Shown here: one piece after another, positions 39,101-49,800 of the stretch
How the letters are laid out: each line of letters starts with the position of its first letter
Numbering within the stretch: position 1 is the stretch's first letter
NCBI RefSeq assembly: GCF_902652985.1
Contig: NC_047016.1
Span: 8,184,001-8,248,000 of the forward strand
Origin: Pecten maximus
Lineage: Eukaryota
Length of the DNA stretch: 64,000 nucleotides
Direction: 5' to 3'
The notes under the pieces: generated by a model
Database searches by the model: none
What the model was told of the DNA's origin: nothing
Seen by the model: the letters and a program-made list of their open reading frames with translations, nothing else
Program-made: the position numbers and the translations under genes

Positions 39101-39845
39101 TTGCAATCTCAACCAATATTAGATATATTGTTGAAAAATAATTTTACATCTTATGCCTCATTAACAGGTAAAATCACATGTACTATACATGCCGCCTTCG
39201 AAAGCAATTTAAAATGTAAAGGAAAATACACTGCCACATGAGCTAATATTCCGGTACCTGCTAATCTTTGTTTTCCTCATGTCAGTAAAAACTAGTATTA
39301 AAGTCAGATTGCTAAGTGAATGATACAGTAAAAACACACATAAATGTGGTGTTAAGACATGTCAAATCTCAATAAAAATTTGCCAGTCAACTAGTACAGT
39401 GTTGTCTACTTGTAGGCTGCCACTATATATATATACAAATAATTTGGCTGATGCATGAAATTGTATTATTGCATCATTATTTTTTCTAATATTTCAGTGT
39501 GTTCCAATAGAATGCTATAAACGTGACAATATCTAACACATCTACTAAACTGAATGATGGCGTTGGAAAATTATCAAAAGCCATTTTAATCTTTTTATAA
39601 GAACCTTACCCATCTTTCCTATCTGCTTTTGGTGCAGCATTGAGACAACGTTTTCCGTTTTTGCTTGAAATGAAAGCACACTGTTTGAATGGTGCATTCT
39701 TGTCCTCAAGAATGTGTCTTATACAATAGTCATATCCATCCAGTCTGTTGTGCATGCAGGTCCTGTGAGTGTAATTACAGAAAACTCCTTCCACTGGCTG
39801 GCGAATTCGCCGCGGGTTGGGAATCTGGTTTTTGGACTTAATCAT
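27177..39845 (-). CDS. KANSL2: KAT8 regulatory NSL complex subunit 2, 8 coding exons, 562 aa
   Basis: Exons (5'->3') 39845-39610, 39038-38866, 36357-36243, 35858-35695, 34920-34829, 29027-28874, 28250-28096, 27776-27177; phases consistent, 1689 nt. Motifs: [85 protein letters not shown], second C3Hx-type finger. A non-coding first exon probably lies near 43.6 kb (not defined). Confidence 0.93.
28251..28873 (-). other. U12-type (minor spliceosome) GT-AG intron in KANSL2
   Basis: Donor C|GTATCCTTTT at 28873; branch-site-like AACCTTGAC ~10 nt upstream of the acceptor CCCTAG| at 28251; no polypyrimidine tract. Confidence 0.9.
29826..29894 (-). ncRNA. Box C/D snoRNA, copy A (predicted LSU rRNA guide, snR72-like)
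   Basis: Minus strand: TTGCCT stem, box C ATGATGA, box D' CTGA, guide ACAGCACGTCAGA, box D CTGA, GGCAA stem; sense to the host gene KANSL2. Confidence 0.8.
31159..31227 (-). ncRNA. Box C/D snoRNA, copy B
   Basis: Same architecture as copy A; boxes, stem and guide intact. Confidence 0.8.
32314..32382 (-). ncRNA. Box C/D snoRNA, copy C
   Basis: Same architecture as copy A; boxes, stem and guide intact. Confidence 0.8.
33467..33535 (-). ncRNA. Box C/D snoRNA, copy D
   Basis: Same architecture as copy A; boxes, stem and guide intact. Confidence 0.8.
34616..34684 (-). ncRNA. Box C/D snoRNA, copy E
   Basis: Same architecture; one substitution outside the rRNA-complementary core. Confidence 0.78.
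36684..36753 (-). ncRNA. Box C/D snoRNA, diverged paralog F
   Basis: TGCCT-ATGATGA...AGATTTGCTT-CTGA-AT-TTGATGA (near-canonical C')-AGACACAGCACGTCAGG-CTGA-GGCA; flanks largely unrelated to the other copies. Confidence 0.82.
37028..37098 (-). ncRNA. Box C/D snoRNA, diverged paralog G
   Basis: TTTGCCT-GTGATGA...AGATTTGCTT-CTGA...ACAGCACGTCAGG-CTGA-GGCAAA. Confidence 0.82.
37448..38596. mobile_element. Non-autonomous Tc1/pogo-like DNA transposon
   Basis: TIRs CAGTGGACCCTCGATAATCCG / CGGATTATTGCGGGTCCACTG, TA on both sides, subterminal TCCGGA repeats, no transposase ORF. Confidence 0.88.
38706..38775 (-). ncRNA. Box C/D snoRNA, diverged paralog H
   Basis: TTTGCCT-GTGATGA...AGATTTGCAC-CTGA...ACAGCACGTCAGT-CTGA-GGCAAA. 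Confidence 0.82.
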
Positions 39846-40406
39846 TTTTTCTTTCTGCTGACAAAAAATATGCATTTATATAGTGTATATATATAATAAA
39901 AAACATTTATGTAAAAAAAAAAAAAAAAAAAGTATTGTAAGTACTGTAAATGAACATTATTGTTTATGTGCATGCAAAAATAGTACCCTGTTTAAGTTAA
40001 AAGTTGATCAATAGGTTTCAATAAATTTAAGAATTAATTGCAAATAATCTTGAAACATTCCGAGCCGTTCTGATACGATTGTATAAAATTGGAAGTAAGC
40101 TGATCTAGCTTGGATACAAATATAATTTGTCTGTGTTTTTTTCCCGGTAGATGCTTTTGCTTTTGATACAGTTGGGACTGTGTGACCTTATTTATGCTAA
40201 CACTCCAGTATGCACTAAATGTAGATAATTTTATCGTTTGTTAGGCCTTATTCAATTTTTTATGCAGAAAATTTGTACACTGACAAGCATAACAAAATTA
40301 TTAAATGCCAAAACTAGAGCTGCTAATAAAGGCTTGAATTAGGAATGTATCCTATTGAAACTGTAATAACTACTTAAGCGTGTAAGGTAAATTTTACTTC
40401 AAAATA

Positions 40407-41115
40407 ACAAGAGGCCCATGGGTTTTAACTGTCATCTGACTCTTAAGATCCTTGTTCTATTGTAGTATACATGTACATATTCAGTTACATTTTAGTGGTA
40501 CTGCTGGCCATGGCAGCCATCTTGTATTTTGGACTGACCAGAAAAATAACAACACATGTACATGTTCTGGACAATCTCAAGATCATTGTAGCCAACCTTG
40601 AGTTGAATGCCACTGGTGGAACTTGAGAAAAGTTTGAAATAGGTGTTGTTCAGGAAAACCATTATTCCACAATCATGTTACAAAATGGCGGCCATGGCTT
40701 CCATGTCAAACTTTTTACTAGGCCGAAAAATAACACTTTGTTGGCTGGAAATTGTTAAGGTGACAAACCACATGACCAATTTGATTTTCTTTACAATAAA
40801 TTGAGCATGGATCATGTTTACCATCAACAGTGAAAGTGAACAATGTTTTAACCCCGTACATATGTACAAGAGGCCCATGGGGCCTGTATCGCTCACCTGG
40901 TTGGATTAGACCAAATGTCAAATAACGTTCATGTTCAATTCGTTTATTTGTAAATTTCTCAAACAATGCTATATATATAGTGTGGGGATCCCAACTACTT
41001 AAAAGAAATAATTAAGTCCAGACTCTCTAAGGCCTGAAAGATCTTTGGCCCCCTTGGGGGTTAGAGTCACCATTTATGCAAATCTGTTCTCCTTCCCCCA
41101 AGGATGTTTCAAACC
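40407..41115 (-). mobile_element. Two adjacent or nested HINE-like fragments
   Basis: Termini AACAAGAGGCCCATGGG (40407) and ACAAGAGGCCCATGGGGCCTGTATCGCTCACCTGG (40866), the reverse complement of the common CAGGTGAGCGA + GGCCCATGGGCC hairpin end. Confidence 0.6.
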
Positions 41116-41692
41116 AGCTACTACCAAAAATATTACCCTTACTGCATCTTAATATTGTACTATTTTCTAGTAATGTTTATATATCATGCGATTGTACATG
41201 TATTCTCTGTGTCTAGATAAAGGGGGGATTGCCTCATAAATTTGATATTTTTTATTGTCCACACTGTTAGAATTACTTATTTGCCCCATATTAACATTTC
41301 AAGTAATTTGTATCCTGCAGACAAACCTTTGCAAGGATCCAGTGTTACCCTGATAATTACCATTTGTATTACTTCTTAGGGATCGGTTGCTGAAGGTTGC
41401 TTGGCGTCAGAACAAAAAATTAGCCAGAGACATTAAGCTAGCTGAAGTAATACGTGGGTATTTAGTTGGGGGCCAATGCAGCAGGAGATGGAAAATGCAA
41501 CTGCAAGACTGGGACTTGAAACCGGGACCTCAAACTCTAGACAGATGCTCTAACCTTTTGATTTTCCTGGCCACCAGCACTCAGCCCAGTCTAGCTATAT
41601 AATAAGATAATTTGGCAAATTAGTCTCCAACTGGATGTAAATTATTTATTTTTTTATTTTACTGCAATAGGAATCAAGGAGTAATGAAAAAT

Positions 41693-42266
41693 TAGGGCTG
41701 TCACGGGTACAAATTTTTTGCCCCGGGTACTCGGTCTTTACAACCCGACCCGTACCCGGTTACCCGTTGGCTATAGACTTGTAAGTTGTAGCCCTGTACG
41801 GACATTTAGAACTAGAACAGGAGAGGCCTTCGATAATGAACATGGATTTGTTTGTGCTAAATGAATACTTTGAATAGTTCTTACTTCTTAGTAGAACATT
41901 ACTGATGAAGTCATGATATGTACTGATGAAAAGACATCGTATTGAGTCACGCTTCAATCAAGGAAGCCATGTTGTTTGGTTGACATACGTGCAGTTTGTT
42001 TTACGCATGACCGGAAACACAGCTCTACCATAATAGCTCAGGTAGAGAGAACACACGAAAACGACATGATGAATAAGTATCTATATGTGATGAGTGTGTC
42101 AAAGTTATACAGTGTTCTTTGAAATATATGTGTATTTCGGTGAACTATAGTAGTTATTACTATGTTAGTACAAAGTTTCGGGGTTCGGGTACACAATTTC
42201 AAACCTGGGTCGGGATCAAAACCGACCCGTGACGGGTCTGTGCCCCGGGTACTCGTTACAGTCCTA
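41693..42266. mobile_element. hAT-family MITE with 8-bp target-site duplication
   Basis: TIRs TAGGGCTGTCACG / CGTTACAGTCCTA; TSD TGAAAAAT at 41685-41692 and 42267-42274; subterminal ACCCG/CGGGT repeats. Confidence 0.9.
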
Positions 42267-42625
42267 TGAAAAATACCCTGGTGGTGCCAAGGCTCAAACT
42301 AGCGAGCTCTCGCTCTCAAAGTTAACATCCTACCTCTAGGCTAAAGGGAGCTTTCTGCTTGTCAGAACTTGTAAGGCGACCTTATATTCTCTACTTTTAC
42401 ACTAATCCCTCCTTCACAAAGTCCTCGCCCTCGAAGACAACCCTCTTTAGCTCCAAGAAAATTCTCTCAATCTCCTAAAGCTTTCACTTTTAGTGGTCAA
42501 CGTCACACAAAATTTATAAGGAGTGATGAAAACTACCCTTCCCACTTTGGGGCTTTAACTAGTGATCTCTCGCTCTCAAGGCAAACATCCTCTTGCTAGC
42601 TAGGCTAAAGGGCAACTCCTGCTAG
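42267..42625 (-). repeat. Degenerate tRNA/SINE-like repeats (two related copies)
   Basis: AGGAGT(A/G)ATGAAAA...CTCTCGCTCTCAA...AACATCCT...TAGGCTAAAGGG occurs twice; the first copy is split by the hAT MITE. Confidence 0.4.
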
Positions 42626-43589
42626 TCTAAACTAGTAATTACCATATAAGGTACCCTAGGCCTGGACTGTGAGCTGGAAATTAATGCCAAGTCCCTGTGC
42701 ACCCTACCCGTCTTTCCAAGATACCCAATACAGTCTACCCACATAGGCATGCCTAGTCTTATATAAAAATAATAGCCATAAATACCTATATTTTTCAGCA
42801 TAGCTGTATAATATTTTTTTGGCTACGGATATGACGCGGCAGATAGCGTTACTGGTCAAGATGAAGTATGTGATTGGTCAATGTAGCGGTAAATGCAAAA
42901 TGTAGATAAAAACGAAAGAAAGTTAAGATTGAATGCAAGCTGAATAATTGGATGGATCTTTTCAAATGACACATTAATAAAATTATATTCCTGATTCAAA
43001 TGCAATCTTATTATCAACAAAAATGATTCAAACTGATATAATTTTGTTATCCGTTCTGAAACGCATTTAGTTCTTTAATTTATTTCGCCTAGCAGTTTTA
43101 CATTATAACCACCAGCATCAAAACTATGAAAACTTTTTAAAAGGTATTTCTTGTTTTTATATAAGACTATAGCTATATGGCCCTGTGGTCTACCACTAGT
43201 AGTCTACCAGGCCATTGCAGAAATCTATTTTTGGAAGGCACATATATTATACGTGGATATCAAAATGAGTGGAGTCGCTTCTATTTTATACAGATTTTAT
43301 ACGTATAAATATTGCATAACGAGATGAAATAAAAGGGAAGCAATTGTCAAATGAACGAGTAATAGAATGCACTATTTTTCTTGGATGCGCAGTAGGAAAA
43401 CCCACATGGCAGTGAAGAGGTCTGCACTTTTCCAAGAATATTGACTTGGCTTTCGGCCGCTTTTCAATGTATATCGAGTCAAATTTCGGTTAAACAGACA
43501 TGGCAAAAGAAATGAAACGACTACTTGCACAAGCAAAAATAAAAAACCAACGAAAACGTGAACGAATAAGTCGAAAATATACGTACATT

Positions 43590-43895
43590 TGGGTCCACTT
43601 CCAACATACACCACCACGCACATGTCACCAGTTTTCGTATAAGTACACTCGCATGCTAAATATTTTGAGTGTACATTTTATCTATGCTGAAATAAATCAT
43701 TATTTGATAATAACAGGCTTTGGATATTTGTTACATGGCTGAATATTTGAATTAATTTTGATATTAATCCGAACCTCGAATTAAGTTGTTTTTCAAAAAT
43801 TATTTTGACTAATCGTTTTCAAGCAAAATCTCAGTCTGAGCTATAATTTAAAATCTGAGCATGCGCTCTTGCGATATTTCCTTGGTGCTGGGTAA
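43590..43895. promoter_or_regulatory. Probable bidirectional promoter region shared by KANSL2 and cyclin T
   Basis: Divergent gene orientation, CpG-retaining unique sequence, candidate minus-strand donor AAT|GTACGT at ~43586 for a KANSL2 5'UTR exon. Inferred; no TSS data. Confidence 0.4.
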
Positions 43896-46800
43896 ATGGC
43901 GGGGGAGCGATGGATTTTCACCAATTCGCAACTTTTGGATACCCCCAGCCGAAAATGTGGGATAGATAACGACAAAGAACTGGCATACAGACAACAAGCT
44001 GCCAACCTGATCCAGGAAATGGGACAGAGCCTCATAGTGTATCCTGTTCAGGAGAAAGTTGGCAGTGAAGTGGTGTGGTCGAATCGTCACCGGTTTGGTC
44101 GCACCATTTTCTATTCTGTTGTGCTATGTTGTCTAAAATCGTTCTTAAACACATTTATCAAGTTCAAAGAAAGCAAATTGAAAACCATATATTATGGTTA
44201 TACAAATTAAAGAGATGAAACCCGAAATAGTGTGAATTATCATACATTTATTTGTTTTCTCCGATGCGTAGTAATGCAACTGATCCTAGTAAATTCATGA
44301 CCTCATTTTCGTCAATGGATACCGGCGCAATGATTGTAAATTCCTCATAGTAAAGACCACGTGCTTCTAAGCTCATTATTAACGTATGCATTCAATGGTA
44401 GTCCATTGTTTATAAATGTATATGCAAACCATTTCGTTTATTCAAACCATTTCGTATAACGTCATTAACGATAGTTCTTTGTTTAGTTGAAATAGGAGAT
44501 TTATAATATATATATTTTTTCTTGTGGGATTTTAATATCGGATTGCTTTTACACTATGTAGTATGACTTGACTTTCATATATTGTCGTTTAGTTCTACAG
44601 AATGTGAAGAATTGCCCTAATAAATTAATGCACACGTATCTAATGTTGATTTACTGCACGTTCAATCCTTAACTCTCTGCCAGAACCCAGCTATGCATCA
44701 ACACTGCCATCGTGTACATGCATCGGTTCTACATGTTCCACTCCTTCTCCAGGTTCCATCGCAATGTAAGTAACAATAAAATTACAGTGATCTGAGAACT
44801 GCATGTTGAGACCTCTAATTTGTAGTTAGTGAACTGGTCTTACAGATATAAATTATTTCAGTATCCAACACAGAAATATTCAAATGGTCTGTACTTGTGT
44901 TTTGAAAGGAAAAGGATGATCATGGATAATTTGTATGCAATTTTAAGAACATACGTTTTGCGATATGGAATATTAGAAAGTTATAGATATTTCCTCTATC
45001 TTCCATTAAAATAATGCTAGATATTTTTACAAACAGCTTAATGTAGCTATCACAATGTATTAATTGTTGAAAGAACATTGGGCCATAATCCCACAAGTTT
45101 GATGTTTTATGTGGCATTTAATTAAAAAAACCTGCTGCTACATGTGCTTAAGTACACGCCCTATAAACATTCCCTCCCTAAGGTAATTATTGCTCTAAAT
45201 GGTATATACATGTCACTGTCCCTGAAAGTCTTAATATGAACAATGCTTTAAAATATAATCACCTCTGTTAGTGAAAAACTATGATCATAAGTGGTAGGAT
45301 AGTGAGTGACTTAAGAGAGTATGAAATTCAGTGAAATTTGAATAATCATATATTGACCTATTATTAATTAGTTTATTTCATGCATATGTACCAATGTATT
45401 CAAGGAACTTTGTTGAGAGAAATTTCTGTATACCATAGAACTGCTAAATTACGAGTCATTATTGTTACCACCATCTCTTTTAGGAAGAAAATGCAAGATA
45501 TTGCAAATTGGAAATATTTTGAAAATGTTATTATGGACTATAGGTATTGTTAAGATGTTTTCTAATGTTCAAAAGTTGTTTAAAAATCTGAAGATTGCAA
45601 AATCTGTCAATTGGCTGGCACTTTCAATGCAGAAGTGTGCAAAACCCAAGGAATTATGCTGAATTTTTATTGATACAGACAGAAATTTTCATAATAACCT
45701 CTAAAACATTGGGGTTTGAATTGGAAATGAACATTTAATGTTGAATAACAATAATGTGCTAAATATCCCTTTTATACATAGTCTCATTCATACTAGAAGA
45801 TGTGGATAATGATCAATTTATATGATGAATGTTGAAGTTAAGACAACATCTTAGAAATGCAGTATATATTATTAATATTAATGGTGATTATTGAAAATTT
45901 AAGAATGTCAATGATTTCCTTTCCACATTGCAGTCCATGGCGCCAGTTTGTCTGTTTCTTGCCGCAAAAGTAGAAGAACAGCCCAGAAAACTGGAACATG
46001 TTCTTAAACTAGTCCACAAGTCGCTACACAAAGATGGCCCTTTTGATGCCAAAAGTGATGTAAGTATAAAGGAAGTTAAGAAACTGCAATGTGGCGTTAA
46101 AGTTCTGTAAGTGGAATGTAATGTAATATTCACGTATAGTGCGCAAAGGTGATTCCGACGCTTGTTATTTGTTCTTGTAAAAAATGGCAAATAATGTAAA
46201 ACCTATGAAACCCCTGTGGTGAAATATATTGGAAAGGGTTGGGAATAAGAACCCAAACAAAGGGATTAAGAACCCCTGGCGATTGAATTGGCTAGAAGAA
46301 GTTATTAATGACGTAACTTTGTCAAAACATACTAGTAATTAAAGAACTACATAGGTGAGAATGGCATTTTAGATTGGTGCAAAGTCGCTGGCTTCAGAGA
46401 GACTTTCCCTCCCAGACCCCCCAATTGGGGCTTTGCCCCTGGCCCCTGACCCCGAAAATGTTCAACTATTTTCAGTTTGACTCAAAATCATGCCTGAAAC
46501 ATTGAACAAATGATAAAGTAAACGAATAGCTATTTTGATGTTTTATTCCTTGAAATTGTATATCCATCTATCGGCAATTACTATACAATTATAATAAAGA
46601 AGTTATTGACTTGTTTTCAGGTGAATACGATGATTTCTCAGCTGGGGAAAGTGATATATCCCAAGGCTGAAGGTGGGGGAAAATATCATTTTCAAGGGAT
46701 GATAAATCATTGTATTCACCTGAAAACGAGATGAATACGATGATTTCTCAGCTGGGGAAAGTGATATTTCCCGAGGCTGAAGGTGGGGGAAAATATCATT

Positions 46801-49800
46801 TTCAAGGGATGATAAATCATTGTATTCACCTGCACAAGAGGCCATCCTTAAATGACTTTAGCTGTTAATAGGACGTTAAACTAAATAAACCAAACCAAAC
46901 CAAACGTATTCACCTGAAAACAGGTCGATAAATTCTTTATTATATATGACAAAACTGCAACATTTTCACATTGATCAGAATGATTCCCATCACAATGGGA
47001 TTGGGTAGAGAATAGTGATCCTGGAAAAAAGATCAAAATGACAATAAATAAGACAGAATCAGCAAAGAACTTAAACTTCGTTAATCAGTATTGCTTTAAA
47101 TTCAACAAAATTTACGAATTAAATCTACTAGTACATACATACATGTGTATGTAAGCATACATTTTTGACGTCACAGATTGTGGGAAAGTCCCTTGTTATT
47201 ATATTTGGGTACAAACTCGAGTTGTTGAAGTTTTGTATCGGCCTGTAGCACGGATTCAGGATTGATATAATATTTGAGCAAAGTGAGAATGTTTAGAATT
47301 GGCCAATTAGGAAAGGCCGAACAATCACAGTCATATATATATTAAAAAGGATTCATCTTTGTCTAGCCACAAATGTTCCGCACACATACAATCGCACTTG
47401 AGCAAGTATTCAGGTGCATTACAGTGTATAATGGCTCAATTATACATCAAACAAAACTTGAAGTGATTTATCAGTACCTAGTTAATTCATTATTCTAAAT
47501 AAATCATCTTATAAATCCAGAGCTTTGCCAGAAACTGAAAAAGTTCAACATGTTTATTTACGGAAGCTGTTACAGCACGCATTCATAATTCCGCAAGGAT
47601 AACACTGATGCCCTGATCTCGTGCTGCAGTCACTGACCAAATAGCCCTATAAATTATGACTTTACTGAAAACTGCTCTGATTCATCATCTGCACTGTAAA
47701 ATTCATCCTATCAGCATCTTTATTTCGTTGATGTAAAAGTAGTGACCAGCACATGTACACTGACAGCAGAATTGTTCCGGTACGGCTAGTGTAACATTAC
47801 ATAGCCTACATTTATACTTAGCTTTCCAGTCAACCTAATTAGCTTCGTATGTACAGATACCACAAAAGATCATACTAATCACAAGCTAATTGGGGAAGGA
47901 TACTTTATTTTGTTTGTACAAACATCGTAGATGGGACTACTCCAATTTGCAAGCTGACTAGGCCAATCGCAGCATAATTAAACATCCTGTCAATCCAATG
48001 TGTCTAATCTGACCGGTGATAGCAATTCAATGTTGTAATTTAGCTTTGATAAGTTACAGGTTTCTGTCCTCTTATGCTGGAGTATTTAGCTACTGTGCAG
48101 TCAAAGTTAAACATTTAATTTTTTTTTTTTTTATAAAAATGAACCTCAAAAACGAACTTGCGCAAATTTACAATATGTGGCTTAGTTCAAAATTGTAAAC
48201 AGTGGTTCATGATGGCAGTAGTATGCCTATTTATTTAGACTTAGCATTTAGGTTGTCTTTTTTGGAATATGTTTGCTTTAGTTTGATGATTTATTGCACT
48301 TTGATGTCACATCTTTCAGAAATTATGTGTATGTTCAGTTTTAACAGATAAAGATAGAAAAGTTTAATGTAGATGCAGAAAAACAATTATATGCTCCTTT
48401 GATGACTAGTTTTAATTTACAGGACTACCTACAACAAGCACATGAACTGGTTGTGAATGAAAACATCCTTCTACAGACCTTGGGTAAGAACTTTGTTGTT
48501 TCAGAAATTAGAAATACAGTTTGTTTGTATATATGTTAACCTTACACCCCACTTGTGTACCAACAATACATTGTTACATGGAACCAAACAGAAAAAAAAC
48601 CAAACTGAACTGAATAAATCCTGAACTGTCCCACTCCTATTATTGAATAGTGGATGCTCAGACATATGTTGTGGTTTTTTTTTTTGCAGGGTTTGACCTG
48701 ACTGTAGACCATCCCCACACCCATGTGGTCAAGACATGTCAACTGGTTAGAGGTGAGTTTGTATCCACACTGCAGTGGCTATGGCAAGGAGTTGTAAATG
48801 TGTACCTCTGTTTACGTTTACTGAACATTTTTGCTGAAAATAAAAGTGTACAATTTTAATATGAAGTGGCTCAGTCCATAATGCATGGATGGAATCAATT
48901 TGATACAAAAGCTACATCATATTTAACCAAGGTGTCATACTTGACAGTATTTCATAATGGTCTGTCTGAGGTATTTTCTTTGTCTTTTAGATATTTACTG
49001 TAACTGAAGATTTTAGCTTGGTAACATTTCAAATTGAACATATCTGTAGGAGGGGATCAAATTTATGACGTTTAGATTAGGATTGGACTGCTAGATATCT
49101 TTTCTAAAATTCTTAGGCAGTATGCAAAATAGGAATGTAGAAGTATAAAGTTAAAGCAACTATTTAACATGTTCCCTTTAATTTGACAAAAGATTTCATT
49201 TGGAGACAAAAATGATAAATATCTTGCCTTGCAAAGGCTGATGCTAGTCATATTCAGATCAACATGATTATTTTGGGGAAAATGTTCAATGCCAAAAAAC
49301 CTCTAGTCATATTTTAGTCTTCATTGTACTGTCACAAGGACTTATTTTTCCAAATGATGAAAATAAATGATAGATCTTAACATATTTGCTACAAGTACAA
49401 TGCAACAGAAGAATATACTTTATGGAAACCTATATTCAACAGTTGGTTTTTCTTCATATTTGATAATTACTCTGTAGAAGGTTTTGTATGTATCATAAGG
49501 TGGTTTGCTTTTTGGGTATCATTTTGTGAATTTGTATTCAATTGGTTGAAATTTTATTATTTTAACTTGCTATTGAATAATCACTATATAAGTGTAAAAA
49601 TTACATATCAAAGCCTTTAGCTTGTAAATGTTGGAAGTAGAGATAATTTTTGCTGTCTTAATGTAAAGGTGCTATAACCATGTTCCTATGGAACCTTAAT
49701 ACCTATAACTAAGCATCCTTATTGAAAGAGCTTGCTTGAGATTGCATTTAAGGATCAAAGGTCAAGGTCACTTACAAGAAATGAAAAAATAGTGTCTGCT

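Noticed and set aside
41480-41600. tRNA gene
   Set aside because: Only a degenerate reverse B-box-like segment; no cloverleaf can be drawn; more likely a SINE relic.
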